64,000 nucleotides of DNA, taken from positions 230,022,001 through 230,086,000 of the forward strand of contig NC_058368.1 of assembly GCF_018350175.1 (NCBI RefSeq), read 5' to 3'. Under the pieces are notes generated by a model that was not told where the DNA came from, made no database searches, and saw only the letters and a program-made list of their open reading frames with translations. Origin of the DNA: Felis catus (lineage: Eukaryota). Below, piece by piece: positions 12,486 through 25,891 of this stretch. Position numbers and translations under genes: made by a program. How positions within the stretch are numbered: the stretch's first letter is position 1; each line of letters begins with the position of its first letter.

Positions 12486-12741
12486 GTGAGTTTGGAGAGG
12501 GTAGAGGTTGGGGAGGTGGTTAGGCCTGCTCCTCAAGCCCGTCAGAAAGAGTCCCCCCTCAGGTCTTTGGTAGGCTGGACTTGGCACCTAGGAAGTTCCT
12601 CCTGGAGATACCCGCAAAGCTGTCTCCCTCCTCCAGGATCTTGACCCATCAACCACGTGACCCTAGTTCATAGGACAGGAGGTCAGTTGTCTCATTATTA
12701 ACTTGCACAGCTATTGTATTATCATATATATTTATTTACAA

Positions 12742-12954
12742 TTTTTTTAATGTTTTTTATTCATTTTTGAGAGGGAGAGAGACAGAGCGCCGGCAGGGGA
12801 GGGGCAGAGAGAGAGGGGGAAACAGAATCTGAAGCAGGCTCCAGGCTCTGAGCTGTCAGCACAGAGCCCGACGCGAGGCCCGAACTCACAAACCATGAGA
12901 TCGCAACCTGAGCTGGAATCAGATGCATAACCAATTGTGTCACCCAGGCGCCCC
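12742..12954 (-). mobile_element. CAN-SINE
   Basis: Full body; degenerate TSD catatatatttattta / cagatatacttattta. Confidence 0.95.
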
Positions 12955-13664
12955 CCAGATATACTTATTTAAAATGAGTTTATATGACCTACTAAACAGA
13001 AAACCAACTAGCAAATAGAACATAATGTTTTCCAGTTACTGTCCTTTCCCCAGCTCATGTGATAGTTTGTGTTATTTGTTAATTTCTCCATGTCTCATTT
13101 TTCCTCATTTGGAAAATCAGGGTTTTGAGTAGATTACTTCAAAGATTTACTCCAGTTTGGAATTTTTCATATATATATCTGAGCAATATCTCAGCATTTC
13201 TAATTTTGGTATTTAATTTAAAAATTTATAGTCATGCCAAAGTGTCCATTTGATAAGTAACCTTACATTATTTTTAAAAATATTTTAAATATTAATCCAA
13301 TTAGGACTAGAAAATTCTTTATATTCATAGAGTGTCTAATTGTTTGGTAAGGGACTTAGAACACATAATAATAAATATTATCCTTCAGTGTTTAATAGCT
13401 GCTGTTATTGTTCCAGTTAAATAAATATATATCTAAACTAGTCTGTTGAATATAACACATATAGTTATGCTGTAAGAAGCAGATTCGATCTCTTCTACAT
13501 TTGTTTAATGCATATGTACGTTAAATATACTTGAAATTTTGTTCAGATTCTACTATATGTTCTAGCAAAATGGTGTCAGTAGTGAGAGAAACACATATGT
13601 AGTGTCATTGCCCATTCAAATAGCTTGTGAATAGTTATATTCATGAGTTCTTACAAAGACCCAC

Positions 13665-13800
13665 TGAGCCAGGTATCATTACCCTCACTCTAGAGATGAG
13701 GAAACTGAGGACAGAGAGGTTACAGAATTTTCCAAGATCACACTGCTATTAGTGCCAGGCCTGGTCTGGCTCCCCGATCTGGACTTTCAACCCCCTGTTA
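13665..13800 (-). mobile_element. MIR
   Basis: Core 'agatgaggaaactgaggacagagaggtta...tccaagatcacac'. Confidence 0.85.
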
Positions 13801-13878
13801 CCACCACCCCACAAAACGATGAAACACAGATTTAGATACTTATGTGCTGTATCCAGCCATAGTTCATTGAATTCACTG
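13788..13878 (+). repeat. 91-bp direct repeat, copy 2
   Basis: Matches 12136-12226; spans a MIR / L1M junction. Confidence 0.92.
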
Positions 13879-14180
13879 CTCTTAGAGTATTCAGTGTTGT
13901 AATAATACCACTATTCATCCATTTTTCCTCGATGGGCATTTGTGTTATTTCTGAGTTTTTGCTATTTTGAACAGTGCTGCCATGAACAGTCCTGTATATG
14001 TCTCTGGCTTTACGTTTTTCCAAGAGTTTTTCTTCATTATATGTTCAGGAATCAAATTTCATCTTAATAAGTTAATGCCTAATTGTTTTCCAAAATGGCT
14101 ATCTACATTGTATTCCTGTCAGCCAACAGAAGAGTGTCTGTTGATTCACATGAACTGTATCGCTTGGGGTTCTTAATCTT
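13840..14180 (-). mobile_element. Old L1M 3' fragment
   Basis: 'gatgggcatttg...tttgctattttgaacagtgctgccatgaaca...ttgttttccaaaatggct'. Confidence 0.75.
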
Positions 14181-16269
14181 GGTAGACAGAAGTGGAAATA
14201 ATTCATTAGGAGAAAGGGAAGCAGTATTTGGTACAGAGGAAAAGTAGACCTTTAGTATCAACAGAACTTTTCTGTGTTTGAAGTCGCGGTCCTACAAACT
14301 CACCGGAAGTCATAGCTCACACGCAATTTTTAACCCTTCCAGACATCATGATATACTTTTGTAAATTAAAGGTAGTTTATTTAATCTGTTGAACATAGTC
14401 ACTACATAATAGACAGTGTAAATTCACTAAAAAATGTGAGTGGCATGCAAATAATCAGAACTGTAATTGTACACACAGTATGAAGGAGTTTACCGTCAAT
14501 GTAATTACAGTGTCCTTTACAACAAAAGTATGGGAAAAAGGTACTTCATCAAGCAAGACATTTTCTAAGCTTATTGGCACAGTCAAACCTTTTCAACTGG
14601 CACACATCTTGTTTTGGTCTTCATAAATGCATGTGTGTTTCAAGTACAACCTGGCGAGCCGCTGTAGATGCCAAGATGAACAAGACTTTCAAAGGATTGA
14701 TAAATGTACTGAAGTAGAGATGGGGTCTTGTTGGTAGAGAAAGAGATGGGGCAGATAAAGTGATGAGACCCTGCGTAGTTGACATTAAGCTATAGATAGG
14801 CACTGACTATTATGGACACGCAGATTAAGGTCTAACCTAATGCTCGTCCTCCCCAGGCTGGGCAGGATAAGGATGCTGGTGGGAACGAGGTGACGTGACC
14901 TAAGACTTCAGAGCCTGGCTCCTTGGGCTGTTTACATATAGTTATCTCTGGGAAATGTGTGCATGCTAGTATCTAATACAGTTCTGAAGCAGTACATTGC
15001 CAGAAGGAGAAATATCAAATTAGTACATAAAAATTAAATACAGAACATGTCAGGTGTGGTATTTTTGCATGCCCAGATTGGACCTCAGGTTCCTCTAGAG
15101 ACTTAGCTCCTAGCAGTACTTTAACTCCATGATTCTGTGTACCATGGTGGTCTTGATATTTTCTTATCATTAGGAAGAAACCACCAGGGTTTGCTTACAT
15201 TTTTCACAAATGTCATTGAGAAATTTTAATGAGATGGTCTTTAAAAAGATTATTTTAGTTTAAGCTTCAACAAATGGCATAGATAGGCACGCACATGTGT
15301 GTATGTCTACATAATTGTAGGAAGGGAGGAGGGGATCCACACAGGCTACTTCAAACAGGATAATTGCTATGTGAATGCCATGTTGACAAAATAAAAACAA
15401 TTCCGAAGCAAAATGGATTTTGATTAAGAAAACTTGACATTGGCAAAAATTTATTAGCAAATGTCACAAAGAAGCAGATTGGTACCACCCTCCACGTGTA
15501 TTTCATTCATAGCATCATTGAATTCAGAGGGGAAGAGGGTGTGTTCAGGAAACAGGCCATACCCAGGACGGAAATCCGGTGACTCTATTAAATATGGCAG
15601 TTAATGTAAGTGATTGTCAATTGACCCTTAGAGAAAGCTGAAAATTGTTTGTGTTTGTTTTTGTTTTTAGAAATAGGAAGGACTTTAGTCTTATTAAGCA
15701 ACAGGACCTTTTTAAAGCCATGCTTTCTATGAATAGTTTCCCTTCACATTTACATTTACTGTATAACGTGTACCTTGAAGGAATCGAAATGTGGATAGCT
15801 GAGACTCAGTGTGCCTTGGCATAAATCTGCTTATTTGGGTCATTAGCAGTTTAAATATATTTCAGAGATACTGAATTGTTCAATACTATTTTTAAAAGAT
15901 AATTATTTCTTCTGAAAATTTTGGTTTCTATAAAGACAAAATTTCCGATTCAGAAGGCATGAGTAATAATATAACGAAAGATAAGATTCATATTCAAACA
16001 AAAAGTTCTTTCAAGTGCTCATTTTGTAAAATCACATCTCTTAATGCCCGAAGTCAAGACCATTAAATGCTAGAACAGAGTGCCCCTTCTCTGGGATTTC
16101 GAATTTCCTATCGTGAGTTCTCACATGTATACGCTGTTAGGTCAAAAGCTCTGTATCTCCACCTTTTGTGACTTTCCCTTACAATCTAGGCTTGAAGAAT
16201 ACCTAGTACTGGGATGTCAATCCAAATAAAAAGGATTTTTTTTTCTTTTAATGTCTGATATTCCTTGAT

Positions 16270-16670
16270 CACTTATTTCTATTGGGAACACAGTGAAGAA
16301 TATGGTACAGTCTTTGCCCTCAAAGAGCTCAGAGTTTGGAGAGGGCTGGCAGTTAGAGATAAATGTCTATCAGACAGTGGAGGGAGAGTCACAGTGGGAC
16401 ATCTGCCTGAGGCACGTGAGCCTGAGGTGATCCCTTTCTTTGAGAGGAGCACGGAAAGGTCCTTATTGCAACTGACCCTTGAACTAGACAGGAGCCAGGG
16501 TTTGCCAGACTGGCAAAGGGAGTGGTGCTTGTTAAGGGGGTCCGGCGGAAGAAACTGAACCTGTAGAGGATTACAGAGCAGAACTGGGTGTTCTTGTGAG
16601 TGATGTGTCATTGAGATGCACTAGATAACTGGGGTCTGTGCGCTGGATAGGGCACAGGAAGACGAAACTG
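16270..16670 (-). mobile_element. L2 fragment
   Basis: 'cagtctttgccctcaaagagctcagagtttgg'. Confidence 0.55.
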
Positions 16671-16806
16671 GTCGAGGTGTCCACCTCCTCTGTTCCGGGT
16701 TTGAGAAGACCTTATCATTGTATCCTGATACTCATTGTATGAAATAGAAGTGTTTTGGGATCGTTGGACATGACAGTCTAGAAAGAAGCCGGGAGACATT
16801 TTACGG

Positions 16807-17180
16807 TGTAACTTAATGAGTTTATTTCAGTAGCATGGCGACAGGCCCACGTGCACAAAGAGATGCACTTTTGCCATATGAAGCTGGTGTTTATATGATT
16901 AGTGCTAAAGCAGGAGGGGATGTGCAAGGAGTATTAGACCATAAACATTTTCTTCAAATTTCTACTTTTGCGTGATTTCCACTTTTCTTCAAATTTCTAC
17001 TTTCACAAGATTTCTCTGAAACTTATCAGTTTGATATTAACCATTGGTGAGATGTACAGGCAGTCATGAGACCCTTTAAGAATGAAGCACCAAGCACATA
17101 TTTGATCCTTATAGAAACCATGCAGGCTGTAGGTCAGCCTTCTGGGCTTCAGGTGAAGATCTTTCTGCTTCTGTCCCTCA
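16807..17180 (-). mobile_element. Probable solo ERV LTR, family uncertain
   Basis: TG...CA termini; AATAAA on the minus strand near its 3' end (tttatt at ~16821); about 370 bp; no clear TSD. Confidence 0.5.
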
Positions 17181-17699
17181 TCTTGAAATACATAGACTCC
17201 ATGACTAAGTGCAGGCTAACAATGATAGTCCTAAATCTTGCTTAAAATGAAACTTTGAAGGTGGTAGAATTGACCAATTTTGCTGTTGGAGAGAATTTTT
17301 CTACCAACTGAGACCCTACATTTGTATCCTAACTCTTGGCTTCCAATTCCAATCTACCTCTACTCTATTTGCCGTAAGTGTCTTCTTGTTTCAGCAGACA
17401 AAGGAGCTTCCTTTAATAGCTTCTTAAGAGTGTTTTACATAACCACATATGCAGCCAAAGCTCACAAGGCAACAGCATAGCCAAACCTATACTGTGTCAT
17501 TCATAATGAAAAGTTGAATTTATCATGCTTCTTTGAGATACATAGAACTCTGGATGACCAACGTATCTTTTGCTCCAATTGATTCAGGCATCATTTATGG
17601 TGGTAATATTCTATTGCTCAATTGTTATGGAACATCAACTAGAACCCAAAGGGTGTGCTTTAATAAGCAGAGGAAGGAAAGTGCCTCATTGGGAGATGG

Positions 17700-17870
17700 G
17701 TGCCCTGGGCTGAGAGTCAAAATCATGATAGCCCTCCAACATTAAGATTTAGTGACTTATAAATCCAGGAAACTCACTTAACTTCTCTAGGCATGTTTTT
17801 CTTTGCTGATATGGGAATGCTGTCGCTCTCCCCAGTGCCTTATGGGGTTATGGCAAATATCACATCTGAT
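17700..17870 (+). mobile_element. MIR
   Basis: 'tcacttaacttctctagg...tatgggaatg'. Confidence 0.55.
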
Positions 17871-18899
17871 TATCACCAGCTTATCTTTTAAAGTATTTTG
17901 GAACATTCAGCTATTCCTATAAATAAAATTTTCAACATCGTTTCAACTAAACAGTTTGAAATCTTTAGTATTTTGAATCATTTTGAATGTCATTTCCTTA
18001 AGATGTTTGTCCTTCCCAACCTAAACAAGGCACTGGGTTTTTGCTTAGGATCTGCATATGAAGGCCATTACTCTCCTTGGGCTGGCTGGGCATTACTCCA
18101 GCTCCCCTCCAGTGGAATGGCCTACTGATTTCAGTGTGTGCATTTAGGGAGAACTCAGTGTCTAGGAAGCTAATGTTGAACTTTGTGTCCAGAACTCACC
18201 ATAAAACTCTTTGTCATCAGCCCTTCTATTGTTATCATAAATCAACATAACAAATACTAGGACTAAAACCAAATTGCTGTCACATAAATCAGTTCTAAAT
18301 TTCTCCTCATGTTTAAAGGAGGTCATTGTGGAGGTTAAAAGATTCTCAAAGTGATTTTGTTAGGAAGAAATTGTAATGGTAAAAGGTTAACAGAGTCTGG
18401 CCAAGTGTAAGAAGTTTACTATGAGTAGGTGGTGAGGTCAAGATCCCAACCCTGACGGTGAGGGTGGGAGTTTCTCAGGTTCAAGCCTCCCCTTGGAGGT
18501 TGTCTTCAAACTTCAGGACACCTGTGTCCAGGCCAGGTTTTGTCTAGACACATCTTCCCGGACTTTTGAAACAGTCATACCTACGACAAGGCATTCCTTC
18601 CTCTTATTTCACTGGCCAGTGTTGGGCATTATCAGTGTGTATTAGATCAAAAAATAAGTTTTGAAATTTTGTCCATTATCAGTATGATAAAAGAGACCAT
18701 TGTTCCCCCAAAAGTTCAAGAAAAGTCATTCTCTTATTAGGATATCAGTGGGTGATTAATAATTCTCACTCATTTAAAACTGTCGTCGTAACAGAGGGTC
18801 AACTGAGATCTACTGATTTGGAAAGAAATTCATGCTCTTAAAGAGCACATGTTTTCCCTGTCCTTTAGGAAAAAAAAAATAGCTGTAACCTTAGGTCAG

Positions 18900-20250
18900 C
18901 TATTCATAATATTCATCAAAAAGGATCAACCCTTCATATTTTGTGAAAAGTAAACAAAAACTAAACCAGAGTGACTTACTGGGGGAGATAGGCAAAAGCA
19001 AAACAAAAACAAAAACAAAAAACAACAAGATAAAATATAAATAAGCAATACATATAATTTCAGACCATGATTCATGGTATGAAGAAAATAAAACACATGG
19101 AGCAATGGCAGGAAGAATGAGCAGGGGACAGCTGGTCAAGAGTAGCTGAGGAGATTTGGGGCACCTGGGTGGCTCAGGCGGTTAAGCATCCAACTTTGGC
19201 TCAGGTCATGATCTCAGGGTTCTTGACTTTGAGCACCATGTTGGACTCTGTGCTGGCAGCTCGGAGCCTGGAGCCTGCTTCAGATTCTATGTCTCCCTCT
19301 CTCTCTGACCCTCCCTCACTCACACTCTATCTCTGTCTGTCTCTCAAAAATTAAACAAACGCATTAAAAAAAACTAAAAAAATAAGACTAGCTGAGGAGA
19401 GCCTTCTCTGGATAAGCGTCATTTGTGCTAAGGCTCAGAGGAAGAGTGGGAGGCAGCCAGGTGAGGGTCTGGGAAAAGAATGGTCCAAGCTACTGGAATG
19501 GTTTCAGGGGTCTGAGGAAGAAAAATGCCATATGTTTGGAGCCTAGTGAAAAAGAGGGAATAGTGAAAGCAGACCAAGTCAGGGAAGTAGACAGGTGCTC
19601 TGTGACTGAGATGATGATGATGATGATGGTGATGACGACAACTTCATGGGAAGACCATTGGAACATTCTAAGCAAAGGTTTGAAATGATGTGATTAATAA
19701 TTGGAAAAACCCTGACTGCTGTGGAAAATAACATTCTGGAGGCAGTGGGGGATGGGGCAAGAAGGGAAGGCGGGAAACCAAGAAAGATGCTGTTGCAGAA
19801 ATGCAAGCTAGAGATGATGGATTAGGTGGCATAACGGGGGATGATGAGAAGTGGAAGAGTTCAAGATACAGATTGCAGGAGAATAGAACCAACAAAAGCC
19901 CATTGATGTATGCTCATGGGTCATAGGAAAAAGAGACTGGTCCAGAATGTCTCCTTTGTTTTTGTCCTCAAGGACTAGATTGGTGACGGTCCCATTTACA
20001 GAGATGAGGAAAGGTTGGGAGTGATGGAATGGGGATAATGGGAGAAATAAAAAAAAAAAAACACAAAAGCTCTCTTCTGGATGTGTGAACTTAGAGAGAA
20101 GCCTGGTGAATGAACACCCAGTAGAAATGGGAACTAGGTAGTTGACTAGATACGTCTAGAGCTCAGTGGGAAGAGCAGAGCTGGAGATGAAAGCATTGGG
20201 AATCATCAGCATATAGATGATGTTTAATGCCTTGGGCCTGGGTGCGATAA
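18900..20250 (-). mobile_element. L2 LINE interrupted by a SINE
   Basis: 'ccatttacagagatgaggaaaggttggg', 'gagctggagatgaaagcattgggaatcatcagcatatagatga'. Confidence 0.7.
19158..19383 (+). mobile_element. CAN-SINE
   Basis: TSD aagagtagctgaggaga (19138-19154) / aagactagctgaggaga (19384-19400). Confidence 0.95.
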
Positions 20251-21108
20251 CACTGTATTAATTTTCTCTTTCCAGTCATGTTGTTTTCTGGCTTTTTATG
20301 AATCGTAGCTTTTCAGACTTTAACGGGACTCTTCATAGCTTCCATTGCTCTGGGTAGGTTCACATTTTATTTAGCATAATACATTAAGCTGGCAGCTTCT
20401 ATTTCTAGGTTTGTTGCAAATTGTTGATAAAATTCACAAGTGCTAAATTTTATAAGAGTATTTTTTCCTTGGGTTCTTTTTTATGGTTGTTAATGAGCTT
20501 GAGAATTTCTTATAATGCATAGTGTCAACTTTAAGCACATTTCTTGCATGGGACCTCATTATGTATAAATTTCTGCTTATAACAGAAGGCATGCTCCTTT
20601 TAAAGTTGGAGGGGGTTTGATACCTGCTGTGTTCATAGACATGCAGCCCAAGTTTTAAATTTCTTCCACTGGAGACGTTGACAGTTTGACATTTTTAACA
20701 GGTCTAAGTTAAATAAAACAGTATTTAAATAAATACAAAGAATATCTTGGAGAAGTGGGTTCATAGCTAAGACTGTTGAGCATCCTTCTTTCCATAATTT
20801 TTCATGGAGGATGAACATTCAGATACTCGTAATTTATGTCAATTGAATGGCAATCAATTTTAGTATCTAATAAAAGAAACTTTAACTCCAAAGTGAATTT
20901 ATATGTATTTGTTGGTTCTTAAAAAATGGTTAATTAAAATTGTATGATGACTGTTACAATTATTAGAATGGATCATTTTTCCTTGCCACATTTTCATCTA
21001 TTTTATTTATTTTGAAATGAGTGGTGATATTATATATGCCAAAGATGGAAACCATACTGTTCGAAACATGTCTGTATAGTTGCCTCAGGTCAATTTCACA
21101 ATATTATG

Positions 21109-21496
21109 TGTGTGAATTAGTTAGGGCTGCTCTAATAAAGGACCACAAACTGGGTGGCTTAAACAACAAAATTTATTGTCGCTCAGTTCTGGAGGCTAAA
21201 AGTTGGTTCCTTCTGAGGCTGTGAGAGAGAACCCGTTCTGTGCTCTCCCTTGGCTTCTGGTGGTTTTCCAGCAATCCTTGGTGTCCCCGGCTTGCTCAAG
21301 CATGGCACTGATTCTTCAGTGATGTTCTTCTGCTGTGCACGTCTCTGTCCAAGTTTTACTTTTAATAAGGACAGCAGTCATTCTGGATGAGGGAATACCC
21401 TAATGGATTCATTTTAACTTCTTTATGTCTCTAAAGATCCTATCTTCAGTTATGGTCACATTTACATATTCTGGGGATATAATTCAACCCATAAAA
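21109..21496 (-). mobile_element. MaLR solo LTR (MLT1C-like)
   Basis: 'agggctgc...ccacaaactgggtggcttaaacaac...cagttctggaggct' and 'aattcaacccataa'. Confidence 0.85.
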
Positions 21497-21907
21497 GTAT
21501 GTAACCCTCTTTCCTTACTAACATTCTTAATTTTCCTTACATGTTGTTAATGTTAATCCTGTAGACGTTCTGACTCTATGTATACTTCTAACGCTCACGC
21601 GTAGCCCCATTTATATGCTCACGACACATTCACAAAGCCAGTTTATATCTTTGATGCTGACCACTTCTCCAAACTTCAAATTTCTATTTTTACCTGCCTT
21701 GTTACCTCCAACTGGATGAATGAGAGATGTCACAGGCTTAAGATGTTCAAAACCAAAGTTTTGTTTTCTATCCCTCTCTTCAAATGCTCTTATGTCATTC
21801 TTTCCCATCTCAGTAAATGATCCCTCCATTCCCCTTCTCTGTCTGAAGAGCTGAGTCATCCTGCCATGTCTCTTTTCTTTATTCCCATCTAATATCTGTT
21901 CCATTGC

Positions 21908-22509
21908 TGTATTAGTTTCGTATTGCTGCTGTAACCAATTGCAACCTAATAGCTTAAAACAATGCTATTTATCTTGTGTCTCAGAAGTCCAACATAAGGC
22001 TCACTGGGCTAAAATCAAGAGAGCTGCACTCCTTTCTGAAGGTCCTGGGGGAGACTGTGCTTCCCAGTTTAACTTGTTGGCTACATTCAGTTCCATGCGG
22101 TCATAGAATTGAGGTTTCCAGTTCTTTCCTAGCTGGTGACCACCAGCCATTTGTAGCATCTGGGTCCACTTGTATTCTTTGGCTCAGGCTCTCTTCCTCC
22201 ATCCTTGAAGCCAGCAAAGGTGCCTTTGAATCTCTCTGACCTCCTTTTCTGCCTCCTCTCTTGCTTTTTCTGCCAGACTCCATGCAGAGAAAATTCTGGC
22301 CTTTTAAAAGTTCATGTGATTAAATTGAGCCAATCTGGTTAATCCAGGATAGTCTGTATATTCTTGGGTCAACTCTTGTATAACCTTAACTCCACCTTCA
22401 AAGTCCAAGTCCCTTGACAGTAGAACTTAGTTAAATGTTTTACTGAGTAATCAGGGCACAGGAAGTAGGGAAAGGGGGAATTTTTTTTAGAATTCTTCCT
22501 GTCACTACA
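21908..22509 (-). mobile_element. MaLR solo LTR (MLT1E-like)
   Basis: 'tgtattagtttcgtattgctgctgtaac...ctcactgggctaaaatcaag' to 'tagaattcttcctgtcactaca'. Confidence 0.8.
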
Positions 22510-22761
22510 ACCATGTCTTGTTAGCTCCATTTCAGGACACTTCTGCTTTTCTTCCTCCACCGCTACCACTGTATTCCAGACAGTGATTGCTGTTTCTAGA
22601 TGTTACCATATATACCTCATTTGTTACCCCACATGTTTTGTATGGATCATCGTTTATCAGATCCAAACAGAATTATTTCTTCATAACTTGTGTTGTTCAA
22701 GACACTTTTGCCTTAAATTTAGCATAATACATTAAATTGATCTTTTTAAAAATAATATCTG

Positions 22762-22983
22762 GGGGCGCCTGGGTGGCGCAGTCGGTTAAGCGTCCGACTT
22801 CAGCCAGGTCACGATCTCGCGGTCCGGGAGTTCGAGCCCGGCGTCGGGCTCTGGGCTGATGGCTCAGAGCCTGGAGCCTGTTTCCGATTCTGTGTCTCCC
22901 TCTCTCTCTGCCCCTCCCCCGTTCATGCTCTGTCTCTCTCTGTCCCAAAAATAAATAAATGTTGAAAAAAAAATTAAAAAAAA
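22762..22983 (+). mobile_element. Young CAN-SINE (SINEC_Fc), CpG-rich
   Basis: Intact A/B boxes and CpGs; perfect 15-bp TSD taaaaataatatctg at 22747-22761 and 22984-22998. Confidence 0.97.
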
Positions 22984-23279
22984 TAAAAATAATATCTGTC
23001 AGAAAATGTTACTCACGTCCCTCCAGTGGCTTTTTTTTTTAGAATCAAATCCAAACCTTAAAATGGCCTGCAAGTCCCTATTTATTCCTATGAAGGCTAG
23101 ATCACTTCATCAGACAATTTTATTTCCTGCATAGCACTTATCACCATGAGAAGCCATCTTTTTCATTTATTGTGGATGCTAATAGTCTGTGACTGTCCCC
23201 CCTTGTCTATTATCTTCATCTCCTAGAATACATTGACATTGTGGTCATTCTAAATGCTTCTATCTCTGTATGATTTATT

Positions 23280-24040
23280 TATTTTCTTTTTTTTAATATT
23301 TATTTTACTTCTAGTTATTTAACATACACTGCAATATTGGTTTCAGGAGTAGAATTCAGTGATTCGTCACTTATATACAACACCCAGTGCTAATCATAAG
23401 AAATGCCCTCCTTAATGCCCATCACCCATTTAGCCCATCCCCCACCAGCCTCCTTCCATCAACCCTCAGTTTGTTCTCTATCATGAAAAGTCTCTTATGG
23501 TTTGTTTCTCTCTTTTTCCCCGCTCCCCATTTATGAAACTCCACATATGAGTGAAATCATGTGGTATTTGACTTTCTCTGATTGACTTATTTCACTTAGC
23601 ATAATACATTCTACCTCCATCCACGTCTTTGCAAATGGCAAGATTTCATTCTTTTTTTTTTTAATTTTTTTAACGTTTTTATTTAGTTTTGAGACAGGGA
23701 GAGACAGAGCATGAACAGGGGAGGGTCAGAGAGAGGGAGACACAGAATCTGAAACAGGCTCCAGGCTCTGAGCTGTCAGCACAGAGCCCGACACGGGGCT
23801 CGAACCCACGGACCGTGAGATCATGACCTGAGCCGAAGTCGGCCGCTTAACCGACTGAGCCACCCAGGCGCCCCAAGATTTCATTCTTTTGATGGCTGAG
23901 TAATATTCCATTGTGTATAGATACCACATCTTTAGACATTTGGCTTTTTCCAGAGTTTGGCTATTATTGAAAATGCTGCTATAACATGGAGGCTCATGTA
24001 CCCCTTTGAATCTATTTTTGTATCCTTTTGTATCCTTTTC
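23280..24040 (-). mobile_element. Carnivore L1 3' region with nested SINE
   Basis: Felid L1 3' UTR plus 'ccacatatgagtgaaatcatgtggtatttg...gcaaatggcaagatttcattc'. Confidence 0.9.
23656..23874 (-). mobile_element. Young CAN-SINE inside L1
   Basis: Perfect TSD aagatttcattctttt at 23640-23655 and 23875-23890. Confidence 0.97.
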
Positions 24041-25684
24041 TGTCTGTTCTGAGGGTGTCACTGTGCTTGGTACCCTCTACTCTGAACAGTGAAAAGAACT
24101 TTTCCTCATGAGTTTTTCCCCTAGACACTGTGAGGAACATATTAGGCAAGCCCTCAACCCCCCAAAACTTGTAGCTTTAATTTCATATAGTTCTATAACC
24201 TTTCATTGAACTAGGGTAAATAAATCTTATTCCAATTTTATAAATAAAGAAACTTCATTCAAGACCAATTAAGTAGCTTCCCCAAGAAAACCTGGTGCTA
24301 TGACTCACACTCTGAGCACATGTTCCGGATTCCTTTCTGAATCATACCAGCATTGGCATTTATCCCACAGGTATGCAAATTAATTATTCAACCACTTTTT
24401 TCCAAAAGTGGATATATATCATTTTTGTGTTACTATCTAATGTTTCTCTTTGGCACTTTTATTGCCATCAAATATTAAATTATATGGAGGAGCCTGAAAA
24501 CGACTGGCAATGTGTGGCAACAAAACTTTTCCAGGGAAACAAAGAAGGGAGGTTGGAAAGAGGAGATGATGCGGAGGCTTCAGTGTTGGCACCTAAGGCT
24601 GTTCATTCCTTTTTCTACTTCACTCAGGAGCCTAAGAGGAAGCAGGGATTCATTTCTTTACTACTTGAGACCCAAACCTGATTGTGGTTTCTACACTTCC
24701 CATTATACATTTCCTAATCCCTGGGGGAACGAACGAACGTAGGACTCCAAACTAAAAACAAGGGCTGAATGAAATGGTCATGCAAATCTCCCTGGCGTCC
24801 TTCCAATGGTATATTGAAATTATGCATGCCTTGCTTCATTTCCCATTCAGTGTGATAATACTAATGTGACTGTTTTAATGAGAGAGTTTCTAGGATTTGG
24901 GACCTGGGTGTTTAAATGGATCCAGGTAATATTAGACCATTGGACATGTCTAGAGGTTAGCCCCAAGCTTTCTAGGGGAGAGAGGAGGAACTAAGATTTG
25001 AAAAGCCAGAGAATGTCAGAGCAGGGGGCAGGAGAATAAACACTGCATACAGAAGAGGGGAGGAAACTTACAAAATTGGGGCTAACAGTCTGCAAGGAAA
25101 GAGTCAAGGCTTGAGAGCCGACTTGGGCTCCGGCCCACACTCCACGATATACCGGCCCGGGGCCTGCCATGGTCATTCCCATTCTGGAATCTCTCACCAC
25201 AAAGAGGGGACAATAGCAGTTAGTTGCAGTGCTGAAAATTGTTGCTGATGTAAGTATTTTGCATGATGTCTAGGTCATGGTTACCGTCCAACTCATGTTA
25301 ACAATCAGAACCTTTTTAATTTCCCAGGCCAACCGTATGGCTGTTGAGACCTGGGGCATGAGTTGCTGCAGCTGAATGCTATATAAATGAAATACTGCCT
25401 TTCTTCCAAAATCTGACCCACCGTAAGCCACATTTTAGCAACTGACTTCAGTGGTAAAAGAAGAACCAGCCTATGAATCTGAATGCTCACCAAACATGCA
25501 AGAGGAAATTTCTGTGTTCTTATTTCTGCCCTCGATGTGAAAGAGTAAATTAGCAAATAACTTTTACGTTTCAGAATACGATTTAATACTATACATTTAT
25601 CAATTATAAAGGAAACTGCTAATCAGTCTGTGTGCATCACTATAGGAATGAGTAAATTGATTTGTTTAAAAAAAATAAAATTGC

Positions 25685-25891
25685 AGGGTGCCTGGATAGC
25701 TCCGTTGGTTGAGCATCTGACTCTTGGTTGTGAGCTCAGGTCATGATCTCATGGTTTGTGAGTTCGAGCCCCATGTTTGCTTCTGTGCTGACGGAGCATA
25801 GCCTGCTTGGGATCCTCTCTCTCTCCCTCTCTCTGTGCCCCTCCCCCTTTCTCTCTCTCTCTCAAAATAAATAAAATTTAAAAAAATCAAT
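25685..25891 (+). mobile_element. CAN-SINE
   Basis: TSD aaataaaattgc on both sides. Confidence 0.93.

Larger units (their letters stand above)
21600..23250 (+). mobile_element. Fragmented L2 hosting an MLT1 LTR and a young SINE
   Basis: 'ttcccatctcagtaaatga', 'agaatcaaatccaaacctt...atggcctgcaag', 'catagcacttatcacc'. Confidence 0.55.

Noticed and set aside
10254..13878. Direct repeats read as a CRISPR array or as LTRs of a small element
   Set aside because: Two unrelated pairs, irregular spacing, no TG..CA ends or TSDs, and a eukaryotic context.
22762..22850. tRNA-like A and B boxes
   Set aside because: Head of a tRNA-derived SINE followed by (CT)n and poly-A, not a tRNA gene.
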